Positions 45,977 to 56,062 are shown, numbered from the stretch's first letter. The stretch is DNA of 64,000 nt from an uncultured Candidatus Saccharibacteria bacterium (GCA_965225085.1 CBDDBE010000002.1:95185-159184); one strand, 5' to 3'. A program made the numbers and translations. Notes: generated from the sequence alone by a model not told the origin.

Positions 45977-46444
45977 TTAGTTCAACAAAGCAACCGCGAT
46001 GCTTAGGGCGGTGGCAAAACAAACCCATGCCGCATATGGCAGTAGCATGTATGCGGCCTGTTTTGATATTGGCCAAAACAAACGTATACATGCGGCAATG
46101 CTTGCGAGCAGCAGAACAATTATGACGACGCTCGCCCACAGTAAATGTAGTCCAAAGAACACAAGCGACCATGCTGTATTGAGGGCGAGCTGCAATCCAA
46201 AAGCCGTGAAGGCTTGCCTTTTGGATTTGTTGTATCTGGCCGTCCACACCATGTATAGACTAAGTCCCATAAGCAAATACAGGATACTCCAGACCGGACC
46301 AAAGACCCAGTTCGGCGGATTGAAGAAGGGTTTTGCTAGATTCGCATACCAGATTGGGATGTTGCTAATGGTGGCAATACTGCCCATGCCACCAGCCGCA
46401 AATGCTAAGGCTACTGATGCGAAAAGCTTAACTATTTTCTGCAT
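45977..46444 (-). CDS. tspO: TspO/MBR tryptophan-rich sensory protein
   Basis: ORF 45977..46513; Met at 46444 begins 5-TM, W-rich protein. Confidence 0.8.
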   Translation of the reverse strand: MQKIVKLFASVALAFAAGGMGSIATISNIPIWYANLAKPFFNPPNWVFGPVWSILYLLMGLSLYMVWTARYNKSKRQAFTAFGLQLALNTAWSLVFFGLHLLWASVVIIVLLLASIAACIRLFWPISKQAAYMLLPYAAWVCFATALSIAVALLN

Positions 46445-46516
46445 GATGACAGTATAGCAATTGGATGCGGCATATCGAAAGGCCCGACCTGCATCGGCTA
46501 TGTGATCTAGCAAACG

Positions 46517-47227
46517 CTATCTCGGCTCCCAGCGCCACCCGTTGTTGTCGGTGCAGATAATGGCTGTGCCGTTGCTGGCGACGCCTGTCGTATTGTGGTC
46601 GATAATGCGGCAATACTCCCCTGCTTTGTAGCAATTGCCGCCATTTGTCAGCGGGTAGCAGGACGTCGACTGTGGGACGGGGGTTGTTGAGGTCGGCGCA
46701 GTGGTCGCTAACGGTACCACGTAGGTGCCAACTGATACTATTTGGTCGACGGGTGGCGTGGTGATATCTTTCGAAACGAGCGTTTTGTCTGTCTGTTTGC
46801 CGCCAGTGTATGTTACGTCGTATGTTAATGTCTCGACGCCGTCTTTGCCTTGCTGGGTAATTTTGGTCTGGCCTTGGGCCAGACTGCTATCACTTTGTTT
46901 TTGGGTCGAGTAAGCGATGGGCTGCGTTTCAGTTTCCTTATTGGTCGTAACTTGACCGGTTGCGGGCGCTGGCGGTTGAGTTTGTGCAAGAGGTTGTTTG
47001 TCCGTTCCCGGCGGTACGGAAACGATATTGGCAGTTGAGCTATTCGACGACGCGGTAATACCAACTAGGACAAAAAATACCAGTGCCAGCAGGCCAAACC
47101 GAATTAATGCATTTTTGCGTCCGAAGCGATTGCCTTTGGTGTACCGAGTAAAATGCTGTGGCGCAATAAGGCCCCACACCATGAGTATTAACGAGATCAA
47201 GAACAGGATTGCGAATAGGTCGGACAT
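46517..47227 (-). CDS. membrane-anchored G5-domain protein with Cys-rich C-terminus
   Basis: 'TKITQQGKDGVETLTYDVTYTGGKQTDKTLVSKDIT'. Confidence 0.55.
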   Translation of the reverse strand: MSDLFAILFLISLILMVWGLIAPQHFTRYTKGNRFGRKNALIRFGLLALVFFVLVGITASSNSSTANIVSVPPGTDKQPLAQTQPPAPATGQVTTNKETETQPIAYSTQKQSDSSLAQGQTKITQQGKDGVETLTYDVTYTGGKQTDKTLVSKDITTPPVDQIVSVGTYVVPLATTAPTSTTPVPQSTSCYPLTNGGNCYKAGEYCRIIDHNTTGVASNGTAIICTDNNGWRWEPR

Positions 47228-47383
47228 CTATTGGAATTATAGCAAAGTATAAACATTTTGGATTCTTAAGGGGAGCCAAGGCTGCATGCGACGCGAGGAA
47301 TTAGGGCTTACAGTTTTGATTGGCTTGATTTTGTCTCCTTTAGTGAATAGAAACGGGCGTGTTGGCCTATACTAGAAACTAGC

Positions 47384-48058
47384 GTGACATTAATTCAAGA
47401 TATACAAAACATCTACCGGCTTTTAGCTGATGATCGACTAGAAAGTCTAGGATTATTTCATATCGAGCACGACAAACTAGTTACGCCAATCGCTGGTGAC
47501 ACTTTGTCGCTGCTTGCCTATAGAAGCAAAAGGGCTAATGACGCCATCCCATATTCTACGGTCAAAGAGCTAATTGATGCGATAAAGAGTAGAGATGGCT
47601 ACAGAGGTATTAATCATATCGGCTTTCACTACAAAACAGCATCGAAGCAAGATGCCGTAAAAGAAATAGTCAAAGAAGCTAGCGATAAGGGCTATTCGGT
47701 CTACCAAGAGCCTTCAACTGACGACGCAGATTGGATATTCGTTGGTGATTTGTCCGATGTTACAAATCCGCTCCTAGAATTCCTTCCGCACGAAGGCAGG
47801 ACCGATGATAAGTGGGTTGATTATTACTTGCCACATATACAATTTGATATTGATACAGGCATGACGCCCAAAGAAATCGAAGCGTTAGTTAAAAAAATCA
47901 TCAATAAACCTTTTACGCCGTACTCAATTCAAATCGATGGAGTCACGTATATACAACGAGTTAACCTATGCTGCTCAGAAGGTGTAAACTTGATGTTAGA
48001 TGTATCAACAAACAATCGAGACATTAATTATCGGAAAAACTGGACCAGGCTAGTCTAG
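47384..48058 (+). CDS. hypothetical protein (lower-GC island; possible VOC-like fold)
   Basis: ORF track. Confidence 0.5.
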   Translation: MTLIQDIQNIYRLLADDRLESLGLFHIEHDKLVTPIAGDTLSLLAYRSKRANDAIPYSTVKELIDAIKSRDGYRGINHIGFHYKTASKQDAVKEIVKEASDKGYSVYQEPSTDDADWIFVGDLSDVTNPLLEFLPHEGRTDDKWVDYYLPHIQFDIDTGMTPKEIEALVKKIINKPFTPYSIQIDGVTYIQRVNLCCSEGVNLMLDVSTNNRDINYRKNWTRLV

Positions 48059-48357
48059 GCGCAAAGGCGACCCTCTGGTTTCCCCAAAATTTGGAACCCT
48101 ATCCGAAAGATATGTGCCCATCAAAAAAGACCCTTCTATGCCAGAAGAGCCCCTATGGTGAAACCTGCCGGACCAGTTTTAGAATTCATTGTGGCTGGAT
48201 TTAGTGAAATAAGCAACCAACTGAAAGAACTAGATATAACACTTGAACAGAGGCCTGTAATTTCATAGAATCTACATCTGTGATATAGCTCGTAAATCCG
48301 TTTGCTCGACCAGCAATCTTGACTCTCACCATAGAAAATCCAGAACAATGGTCGTGC

Positions 48358-48388
48358 ACCCTCGGCCTCGCGCAACGCGAGGCCGAGG
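48358..48388. terminator. 14-bp GC hairpin downstream of 48408..48773
   Basis: CCCTCGGCCTCGCG-caa-CGCGAGGCCGAGGG. Confidence 0.5.
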
Positions 48389-48407
48389 GTTTGAATCAGA
48401 AGGCCTA

Positions 48408-48773
48408 TTACTTGAGGCTCAGGCCCTGGACCCTGGAAGGGTCGAGCTTACTGCCGTTGGGCGGGAACAGCGTCGCGATCTCGCCGACGATGCCCGACTG
48501 GAGAAGGATGCGTCCATCTCCGATGTCTGAAGCGTCGTAGATGAGCAAGCTCGCCCTGTAGGTGAGGTTGGTGTCGTTCACCCAGCGAGTGGGAAGCGGA
48601 CGGCCCTCACCCTTCGCCATCCACTTGAGCGTGACCTTGAAGGTCGCGCCGTCTCCGACACCTTCGACAGTGGCGGTCTTGATCTCACCGCGGTAGAAGT
48701 AGTCTTCGCCTGGGTTCTGCACTTCGATTTGGCCGCCCGCATAGCTTGCAGCCATTTCCGGCGTCAGTTCCAC
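48408..48773 (-). CDS. hypothetical protein (GC-rich, GTG start)
   Basis: AAGGAGA RBS 7 nt before GTG; TTGACA promoter upstream. Confidence 0.55.
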   Translation of the reverse strand: MELTPEMAASYAGGQIEVQNPGEDYFYRGEIKTATVEGVGDGATFKVTLKWMAKGEGRPLPTRWVNDTNLTYRASLLIYDASDIGDGRILLQSGIVGEIATLFPPNGSKLDPSRVQGLSLK

Positions 48774-49094
48774 TGTCTTTCTCCTTCTGATTGAGTCGTA
48801 TTTGACTTAAGACACCATATAATACATATGTTAACCTGTCAATATTTAAGAGGTTGCGACGCGCCTAAACAGTTTCTCCCTTTACGGCACTGCGCATTCT
48901 TTTGTATTTTGAAAATATAGTATGAGGGTTGCATGTGTGAACTCGGCTACAAACAGGATCAGGCCTGTTGCATGGTAAATGAGCCTATTAGAATAGGAAC
49001 GAGTAGTTTTATGATCTCAAGCTTCACGCTACCTGACTTCTTTGCCTCATTCTCTTCTATGCAGCCTACAGCGAATTGAACACTAAAAATAAAA

Positions 49095-49125
49095 AGTTCC
49101 AAGAAATAAATCTTGGAACTTTTTA
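49095..49125. terminator. bidirectional intrinsic terminator
   Basis: AAAAA-AGTTCCAAGA-aataaa-TCTTGGAACT-TTTTA. Confidence 0.8.
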
Positions 49126-49259
49126 CCTCTGTTAAAAGTTGGATGATGTCATGGTGACCTCGCCGGACCGTACTTGGAAACAATTATGGGAATGTCTGGA
49201 AAGAATGGACAAGCAACTTGCGGGAATAGGCATTAGTAATGTCTAATTACGTACCGCGC

Positions 49260-49868
49260 CTAGACCTCAATTGTCGATTTGCGTGCTTGTTCTACCGAAT
49301 CACCGATAAAGATAAAGTTACGGTCATGCTTTCCATTCGTATAAACCTGCACGAACTCACAGGAACCGAGTGCGGCAGTAGCCTCCTCGTATGTCATGTG
49401 CGTAGGGGTATAAATGACGATCTTGTCAGTTATCAGCTTTCTAATATTCGTAACAAGTTGTTTCAAGTCAGGGTTTTGCTTTTCGGGGTCGACTTTACCA
49501 GAATGCGTGCTCCAATACGGAATATCGTAAAGAACGACATCTGCCTTTATTTTGCTCAAGAGAGTTGGATCGCTCACATCGCCACACAGAACTTCGTAGT
49601 TTGCAACGCCCGCGTGTTCGAGATTTTTACGACAGTCTTCAACCACTTTAGGATCATTATCAACGCCAACAACTTTTTTGAAAGTCTTGGACAGCTCAAT
49701 GAGACTTACACCAACACCACAGCAGAGTTCGCAGGCGACATTGCCTTCGTTTTTCAATCGCTGCGCAAGATAGCGAGCCGTCGCGGGATAACTGGCTATC
49801 TTAAGAGAAAGTTCATCTCCAGAAATATTAGAATCGTAACCTCGGGTCTGAATTATATCTGTTCGCAT
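49260..49868 (-). CDS. class I SAM-dependent methyltransferase with amino-MTase 'DIPY' motif
   Basis: motif I 'ELCCGVGVSLIEL', motif IV 'VVLYDIPYW'; -10 TATAAT 6 nt before ATG. Confidence 0.8.
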   Translation of the reverse strand: MRTDIIQTRGYDSNISGDELSLKIASYPATARYLAQRLKNEGNVACELCCGVGVSLIELSKTFKKVVGVDNDPKVVEDCRKNLEHAGVANYEVLCGDVSDPTLLSKIKADVVLYDIPYWSTHSGKVDPEKQNPDLKQLVTNIRKLITDKIVIYTPTHMTYEEATAALGSCEFVQVYTNGKHDRNFIFIGDSVEQARKSTIEV

Positions 49869-49937
49869 TGCTCTATTATATGCTATAAGCCCTACGGGAA
49901 TCGAAACAAAACAACAGAGGTGAATTTGACAAAAATA

Positions 49938-49977
49938 AAAATGCTTCCAAAATCTAGTGTTTTTAGAAGCATTTTTA
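49938..49977 (-). terminator. intrinsic terminator downstream of tRNA-Glu
   Basis: long AT/GC hairpin followed on minus strand by TTTTATTTTT. Confidence 0.75.
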
Positions 49978-50004
49978 CATCTGTAAATCCCGTATGGCTT
50001 GGCT

Positions 50005-50081
50005 TGGTGACCCCTGCGGGAGTCGAACCCGCGATCTTCAGGATGAGAACCTGACGTCCTGGACCACTAGACGAAGGGGCC
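50005..50081 (-). tRNA. tRNA-Glu (anticodon CUC)
   Basis: Cloverleaf folded by hand: acceptor GGCCCCT/AGGGGTC, D-arm GTCT..GGAC, anticodon stem TCAGG-TTCTCAT-CCTGA, T-arm GCGGG-TTCGACT-CCCGC, encoded CCA. Confidence 0.85.
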
Positions 50082-50214
50082 ACGTAGTGGTTGATACAGG
50101 TCAAATAGTAGCATAACAGAGGCGTGTAGTCCAGTATTGCCATGGGCCGAGTAGCTACTCAACATATTTTATTGTATAGTTGATGTGATCCGTTTTCTAC
50201 GATGGGAGCTCCTT

Positions 50215-50550
50215 ATGGAGACTGTTAGCGTTAGCCTTTCGGGTGCAAGCGGTTTTTGTTCGCTCTCGATAGTGGGATGGCACTGTGAGCCGAGCGTAGT
50301 CGCCCGGATGGATGGCCAAGACGTCATTACGGTCGACGTGACGCGTCAATACGCCGACCAACGCGTGAGGCTTGTGCAATTGCGCAAGGGTAAACTCCAG
50401 CTCATTGCGCTCGCCACCAGCTCGGACAAGGCCCCGCAAGTGGTTGAAGGGCGTCTGCCCAAGCTGGTGCCGGACAGTGATGTAGCCATGACCATCCAGC
50501 TCCCGCCGGAGCTCATCGGTGTTATAGATATCCTGACCGAACGTGGCTAA
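50215..50550 (+). CDS. hypothetical protein
   Basis: ORF 50185..50550; ATG 50215 with GGGAG RBS. Confidence 0.45.
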   Translation: METVSVSLSGASGFCSLSIVGWHCEPSVVARMDGQDVITVDVTRQYADQRVRLVQLRKGKLQLIALATSSDKAPQVVEGRLPKLVPDSDVAMTIQLPPELIGVIDILTERG

Positions 50551-50558
50551 AACTGGTT

Positions 50559-50590
50559 GGTTGGGCGGCCGCACGCGTGGCTGCCCAACC
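50559..50590. terminator. GC hairpin between convergent genes
   Basis: GGTTGGGCGGCC-gcacgcgt-GGCTGCCCAACC. Confidence 0.55.
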
Positions 50591-50628
50591 GATTACTTCT
50601 AGTTTTGATAAGATTTAGGCCGGTGAAC

Positions 50629-51003
50629 TTATTTCTCAAATGATTTAATGATTTCGAGGAGCCTGCTGGGCGTGATGTCGGCCTTTATGAGGTACCCGTC
50701 CGCTTTGGCTTGCATTGCCGCTTTGGATTCGTCATCTTCCTCGTAGTTGGTGAGGACAATGATGCGGGTGTTTGGCACTTTGTCTTCGGTGCCGCGCAAG
50801 GACTTCAGGATTTCGGAGCCCTTTTTCTCGGGCAGCATGACATCTAACAGGATAAGATCGTACGTTGTCGCAAGCGCTGCCTTCAATCCCTCCTGGCCGT
50901 TTTGGATGAGGTTGACCTGGTAGCCGGCACGGCTCAGGCTGCGGCTATACATTTCGCCGATGAATAGGTCGTCTTCGATGAGCAGGATAGTTTTGATAGT
51001 CAT
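50629..51003 (-). CDS. single-domain response regulator
   Basis: 'ILLIEDDLFIGEMY...ILLDVMLPEKKGSEIL'. Confidence 0.9.
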   Translation of the reverse strand: MTIKTILLIEDDLFIGEMYSRSLSRAGYQVNLIQNGQEGLKAALATTYDLILLDVMLPEKKGSEILKSLRGTEDKVPNTRIIVLTNYEEDDESKAAMQAKADGYLIKADITPSRLLEIIKSFEK

Positions 51004-51005
51004 AA

Positions 51006-52526
51006 TTACCTTCTGATCATTGCGTGGTTTTTGATCCAGCCTTCACGCTGAGTGATGATCGTCTTGTTTTCATTATCGTCTGCTTGCAGCTTCTGTGCAA
51101 CGGTGCTGTAGATTGGGACGGTGAAGCCGAACGTCGTACCCTCCCCTTCTACCGATCGGACCCAGACTTCGCCGCCATGCGACTGCACGATAGCCTTGCA
51201 AATGTACAACCCTAGCCCGGTGCCGCTGACGGTCTGGCGCGAGCGATGTGAACGGTAGAATTTGCTAAATAGATTGCCCACAACCGATCCAGGCATGCCG
51301 ATGCCGTGGTCCTGGACAGTTACCTCCACGAAGTTTTCCTTGGCGGTTGCACTTACGGCAATTTCACCACCGTCGTGGCTGTATTTGATGGCGTTGTCGA
51401 TGAGGTTGCTGATGACTTCGCTGAGACTGGAGCGATCGGCCGCAACGGTAGGCAGAGTGTCGGCAATGGCGAACGTGAGCTTGCGGTTCTGAGTGCGGGC
51501 GCGCAGGGCAAGGTCTGGGATGAGCGACGCAACGATGTCGACCAGGCGATCCTCCTGGAGGTGTAGCTTTAGGTGGTTGCGGTCGTAACGCGAGACATTG
51601 AGGATGTTGTTGATGTAGCCGCTGAGGCGTTCACTACTAACCTGCAGACGGTCAATCAGCTGTTGCTGGTCGGCATTTAGGCTGGGCAACTCCTGCCCAA
51701 GCAGTTCGAGGTAGCCGCGAATAACGGTGATGGGCCCCCGTAGTTCGTGGGCAGCCAGGGCGATAAAGTCCATGTCTTCTTCGTCCGGTGCATAGTCGAC
51801 GGTGCGGTCGATGAGCGCCAGGACGGTTGTAGGCTCGTTATCGGTCCGGGCATAATGGCCAATTATGTCAAAGATGCGCCTGCCTTCTTCGTCGGGAAGC
51901 TTGTCCGCGACGCGGTGCCATACATGTGTGTCGCGGAGTTTGTCCTGGCAGCTGGTTAGCCACGAGTCCAGGCCGTCTGATTGCTCGAAATTGAGCTCGA
52001 TTACGTAGCGGCCATCACTGTCGGGGTGCGCGGGTGCGTCTTTGGTGGCGTATGCGACGTCGTTCTTGGCGTCCAGGGCGATGATGGCAACGGGTAACGA
52101 CTCAATCATGGCTTGGTACAGACCTGCTGATTTAGTCTGGTCGCCGCTGGGCGCATGCTCGGACGCGACGGCCAGGTCATAGATGGCTTGCACGAGTGCC
52201 TTCAGGCCGCTCTTTTCGTACTGTGGCGTGTTGACTTCGGGTGGCTGCACTTGAGTAGACGAGTCGGTGACGCGAACAATCGCTTGCCACAGAACCTTGA
52301 GCGGACGGCTGGCAAGGCCGACGATTATCGGCGCAACGGCCAATTGCAGAACAATCAGCGCGACTAGACTGTACGTAAACGCACTCAGCGGTTCGATAGT
52401 TGTATACTGCCAGATAACCCAAGCGATGATGCCCGCAACGCTGGCCGTAAAGACTTGCGCCAGCATCACGATGGCCAGCGTGTCGTTGCGGTATTTCTGG
52501 AAAAATTCAGACATCTTTACTGCCAT
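51006..52526 (-). CDS. sensor histidine kinase (TM, PAS-like, HisKA, HATPase_c)
   Basis: 'LAAHELRGPITVIRGYLEL', 'GTGLGLYICKAIVQSHGGEVW'. Confidence 0.9.
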   Translation of the reverse strand: MAVKMSEFFQKYRNDTLAIVMLAQVFTASVAGIIAWVIWQYTTIEPLSAFTYSLVALIVLQLAVAPIIVGLASRPLKVLWQAIVRVTDSSTQVQPPEVNTPQYEKSGLKALVQAIYDLAVASEHAPSGDQTKSAGLYQAMIESLPVAIIALDAKNDVAYATKDAPAHPDSDGRYVIELNFEQSDGLDSWLTSCQDKLRDTHVWHRVADKLPDEEGRRIFDIIGHYARTDNEPTTVLALIDRTVDYAPDEEDMDFIALAAHELRGPITVIRGYLELLGQELPSLNADQQQLIDRLQVSSERLSGYINNILNVSRYDRNHLKLHLQEDRLVDIVASLIPDLALRARTQNRKLTFAIADTLPTVAADRSSLSEVISNLIDNAIKYSHDGGEIAVSATAKENFVEVTVQDHGIGMPGSVVGNLFSKFYRSHRSRQTVSGTGLGLYICKAIVQSHGGEVWVRSVEGEGTTFGFTVPIYSTVAQKLQADDNENKTIITQREGWIKNHAMIRR

Positions 52527-53737
52527 GTGACGGTTTGACTCGGTGCGGTGACGCTTATCCAGGTTTGGCCGGGGTTCAGCTTAACTTCTTGGCCATGGTC
52601 GTTTTTGAAGACGATTTGGTGGCGTTGGCTATCTTTGCTCCAGCTACCTACGGTGGCTGTCCCATCCTGGAATATATACGCCGTACCATTGCCGATCGAG
52701 GTCATCTGCTCGCGGTAGCCGTCCTCGAAACCGAGCTGGGTTGGGACTTTCATGGCTATGACGACCTTAGGTTTGAGCTGGTCGCCGCTTTCGCGATCCT
52801 TGTGCACTTCCCCGCCCTCGCTGCGTGGATAACAGTTGCAGCCCTTGTCGTAGTCGTAGTGTACGTTAAAGTATGCCGAGCTGATGACAATGTCGATCTT
52901 GGTAGCATTGGGACTCGTTGGCGGGGCTTCGCTTTTGCGCGGAAAGCCGGTGAACGAGCTGGCTGTGTAGCCTTTGGCCTTATTGAGTGCGTCGAGCTTG
53001 TCGAAATTGGTATATACATTGTGCGGGGCAAATCGATCGGTTGCACGCCAGAAATACGAACCGTTGAAGAATTCGTCGGCGTCCTTGAACGTGCCATTTC
53101 GGACTTCGCTGAGCGCGTTTGCGCTGCCGCCAACGTGGACGATACTGGGGTCAAATGCTGCCATCCAGTCAATGTAGTATGGGCGCACACTGCGGACGGG
53201 GCCGATCAGCTTTGGCTTGGCTTCCTGGTAGAGCGCGGCAAAGCGTGTAATTCCGCCCTCGGCAATAGCCTCGAATACCACTCCGGCATCCTTCAGTCCT
53301 GATTGCGGTCGGGCCCATTCGCTGTTTTCGATCATGATACCAGTTACTTCTTGCTTGGTGGTGGCTTCGTCGGCAACCTGCAGCCCAGTCAATGGCGAAT
53401 AATATTTTGGCGTTTCGGGTTGGGGTTTCGGTGCGACCGGCGTCGGCTTGGTTATTATTGCAGAGGGCTGAGGTTTCGGCTTCAGTACGACATATAACGC
53501 GTAACCTCCACCGGCTAGGACTAGAACCAACGAAACTGCAATCGCGATGCTGGCCTTTTTGTGGCCACGAATCCAGCTGAGTGTACGCTGCCAAGGGTTC
53601 GTGCGACCGGCGCTGGATACATGCGTCCCGGACGGTTTGATGTCTTCCTCGGGGATTGGTGGCATCGTGAAGCTGTTAGGGTTTTGGCGCACTGGTATGT
53701 GATGGGCTGGTGAGGCCTTTGGTTTTTGCTGATCCAT
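52517..53737 (-). CDS. membrane-anchored DUF3048-family protein
   Basis: TM 'ASIAIAVSLVLVLAGGGYALYVV'; 'VRSVRPYYIDWMAAFD'; overlaps HK start. Confidence 0.6.
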   Translation of the reverse strand: MDQQKPKASPAHHIPVRQNPNSFTMPPIPEEDIKPSGTHVSSAGRTNPWQRTLSWIRGHKKASIAIAVSLVLVLAGGGYALYVVLKPKPQPSAIITKPTPVAPKPQPETPKYYSPLTGLQVADEATTKQEVTGIMIENSEWARPQSGLKDAGVVFEAIAEGGITRFAALYQEAKPKLIGPVRSVRPYYIDWMAAFDPSIVHVGGSANALSEVRNGTFKDADEFFNGSYFWRATDRFAPHNVYTNFDKLDALNKAKGYTASSFTGFPRKSEAPPTSPNATKIDIVISSAYFNVHYDYDKGCNCYPRSEGGEVHKDRESGDQLKPKVVIAMKVPTQLGFEDGYREQMTSIGNGTAYIFQDGTATVGSWSKDSQRHQIVFKNDHGQEVKLNPGQTWISVTAPSQTVTWQ

Positions 53738-53837
53738 TGATAATAGTATAGCAAAATCATAAGCATTATGCCTATTGCCGAATTATCGTTCCTATACTAA
53801 AGTATATTACGTTCGTCCTCTATCGAACGGAGTAGAA

Positions 53838-54179
53838 ATGGACAATGAGGTAAGCTGGTTCTGGAGTCCGAAACGGTTTGAGTGGTTGCGACGAGTGCTA
53901 GACGCGCGTGCCATGCGGGACGATGAGGGCCTCTACTTTGGCCCTGCCGGCCTTCAGGCTTACGTTGTCAGATGCGGAGTTAGGGACAGTCTGCCTTTCA
54001 GCAATGCCCTAGCTAGCAAGGGCATTGCTGCCCTTGTCTTCTTTGGGATTCTGGAACCGGGCAAGCGAGGGCTCAAACAGCCGGATTACAAACGGCGATA
54101 CTTCCCTGATGCCCACGGACCAATCACTCGTGCTGATATCGATCGGTTCCGGCAGTCGCGAGGCGCAAAGCCGTCATAG
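53838..54179 (+). CDS. hypothetical protein
   Basis: ORF 53775..54179; ATG 53838 with GGAGTAG RBS. Confidence 0.45.
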   Translation: MDNEVSWFWSPKRFEWLRRVLDARAMRDDEGLYFGPAGLQAYVVRCGVRDSLPFSNALASKGIAALVFFGILEPGKRGLKQPDYKRRYFPDAHGPITRADIDRFRQSRGAKPS

Positions 54180-54186
54180 CTCATTG

Positions 54187-54220
54187 GCCCGCTGCGCGCA
54201 TATTGCGCAGCGGGCTTTTA
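54187..54220 (+). terminator. intrinsic terminator
   Basis: GCCCGCTGCGC-gcatatt-GCGCAGCGGGC-TTTTAAAATCTT. Confidence 0.85.
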
Positions 54221-54232
54221 AAATCTTATAAA

Positions 54233-55642
54233 CTATGCGCTTAGACGCTTTAGCGAGATGTCTTTGCCCAGCACATGTAGCGTCTCGAACAACCCTGGTG
54301 CAATGTTGCTACCGCTGATGTAGATGCGGATGAGGCTGAACAAAATGCCGGGCTTTGTGCCAAGGTGGTCAACCAAATTGCGCAGGCGCTCCTCTAGGTC
54401 AGGTTCGGAAAAATCACTCGGTTGTAGCGCCTCGGTGACGGCCTTTAGCATGGTGGCTCGGTCGTCGACGGAGAGCTTCTTGAGCTGTTTGTTGCCCGAA
54501 AAGAGCTCGTCGGTAATAGTTGGCTCCGCGAAGAAAAACCTGGTTAGTTCGGGCAGTTCGGCAAAGAATTTGAGGCGCTCGTGGACCAAAGGCAACACAG
54601 CTCGTTTGTACTCATCGCTTGCATTCGCGGCTTCATCAGGCCAAAAGTCGGCCACGGCTGCGAATAGTTGGTCAGGGCTTAGCTGTCGAATGTGTACGCC
54701 GTTCAGGTGGATGAGCCGCTTCTCGTCAAAAATGCCGCCCGAGCGTTGGATGCGTCCCAGGTCGAATTTTTCGACCAGCTCATTGACCGTGTAAACCTCC
54801 TGTGTTGTGCCGTCGTTCCAGCCGATGGCCGCCAGGAAATTCAGCATAGCACTCGGCAGAATGCCCTGATCACGGTATTCCAAAATCGGTTTTGCGCCGT
54901 TACGTTTGCTGAGTTTGCGCTTGCCTGTCTCGTCCATGACCTGAGGCAGGATGGCGTTGATGGGTGACTCCCAACCCAGTACTTCGTGGGTTGCCAAGAA
55001 TTTGGGCACGGAGCTAATAAACTCCTGACTGCGCATGACGTGGGTGATTTTCATCAGGTGATCGTCGATAATGTGGCAGAAATTGTATGTTGGGAATCCG
55101 TCGGCTTTCATGATGATGTAGTCGTCGATCATCTCTGGTCCCATTTTGACCGTGCCCATGACAGCGTCGTTCCAGCTCCAGGCCTTTGGCTCCAGGCGAA
55201 TGCGCAGGGCTTGCGTGCCGTCCCACGCGGGCGGGTTCTCGGGGCGATGGTCGCGGTACAGGAATGGACGCTTTTCGGCCTGGGCTTTTTCGCGTAGCTG
55301 CTGCAGCTCCTCGGTCGTATACGGATCGGCGTATGCCAGGCCTTTGTCGACTAATTCTTGGGCATGTTTCTTGTAGATATCCAGGCGCTGCGATTGGATG
55401 TATGGGCCATATTCCCCTTCTACCCCGGGGCCTTCATCCCAAGTCAAGCCGAGCCACTTCAGGCTGTCGATGATATTTTGGGTGCCGCCCTCGACCTCGC
55501 GTTTTTGGTCGGTATCTTCGATGCGCAGCAAAAATTGACCACCGTTATGGCGAGCAAGAAGCCACGCAAATAGTGCGGTACGTACAACACCGCTATGCAG
55601 CGCGCCGGTTGGGCTGGGGGCGAAACGTGTTCGGGTAGTCAT
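54233..55642 (-). CDS. gltX: glutamate--tRNA ligase
   Basis: 'RFAPSPTGALHSG' (HIGH variant), 'KLSKRNG' (KMSKS). Confidence 0.95.
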   Translation of the reverse strand: MTTRTRFAPSPTGALHSGVVRTALFAWLLARHNGGQFLLRIEDTDQKREVEGGTQNIIDSLKWLGLTWDEGPGVEGEYGPYIQSQRLDIYKKHAQELVDKGLAYADPYTTEELQQLREKAQAEKRPFLYRDHRPENPPAWDGTQALRIRLEPKAWSWNDAVMGTVKMGPEMIDDYIIMKADGFPTYNFCHIIDDHLMKITHVMRSQEFISSVPKFLATHEVLGWESPINAILPQVMDETGKRKLSKRNGAKPILEYRDQGILPSAMLNFLAAIGWNDGTTQEVYTVNELVEKFDLGRIQRSGGIFDEKRLIHLNGVHIRQLSPDQLFAAVADFWPDEAANASDEYKRAVLPLVHERLKFFAELPELTRFFFAEPTITDELFSGNKQLKKLSVDDRATMLKAVTEALQPSDFSEPDLEERLRNLVDHLGTKPGILFSLIRIYISGSNIAPGLFETLHVLGKDISLKRLSA

Positions 55643-55688
55643 AGGTACCCTTTATTATCTCTGTTATTGTATGAAATCACAAGTAGTT

Positions 55689-55731
55689 TGGCCGACTCTA
55701 CAGCCCAGTAATACAGCTGTAGAGTCGGCCA
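55689..55731 (-). terminator. 16-bp perfect inverted repeat between 55739..56062 and gltX
   Basis: TGGCCGACTCTACAGC-10-GCTGTAGAGTCGGCCA. Confidence 0.5.
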
Positions 55732-55738
55732 TGAGTGC

Positions 55739-56062
55739 TCAGAAGGCCTGGATGGGCGTAGCCCACGGCCCCATGATGAAGGTCAGCTCTTCCTGGCCCC
55801 TTCGCAGGACAAAGTAGAGGGCCGGGCCTTTCACGCGCCTTCTCTCTGAGCGGGTGTCAACTTCCAAATTGACCCTTCCGTTGCTCCCGGCGGCGACGGG
55901 CAGCCCGAAGCGCCTTACGAATGCTTCGGCACCGGCGTCGAACATCTTTTGGAAGTGCGTCTCAGCCTCCCGATCTCTGATCTCGCCGGACCAGTCGGTG
56001 TCCAGTGTGATACCGGGCATTTGGAAGGCTGCGAAGGCGTCGATGATCTGTCGATCGTACAT
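55739..56062 (-). CDS. hypothetical protein
   Basis: ORF track. Confidence 0.45.
   Translation of the reverse strand: MYDRQIIDAFAAFQMPGITLDTDWSGEIRDREAETHFQKMFDAGAEAFVRRFGLPVAAGSNGRVNLEVDTRSERRRVKGPALYFVLRRGQEELTFIMGPWATPIQAF

Noticed and set aside
48959-49183. 74-aa minus-strand ORF
   Set aside because: No RBS and low-complexity hydrophobic sequence. It spans the bidirectional terminator hairpin at 49095-49125.
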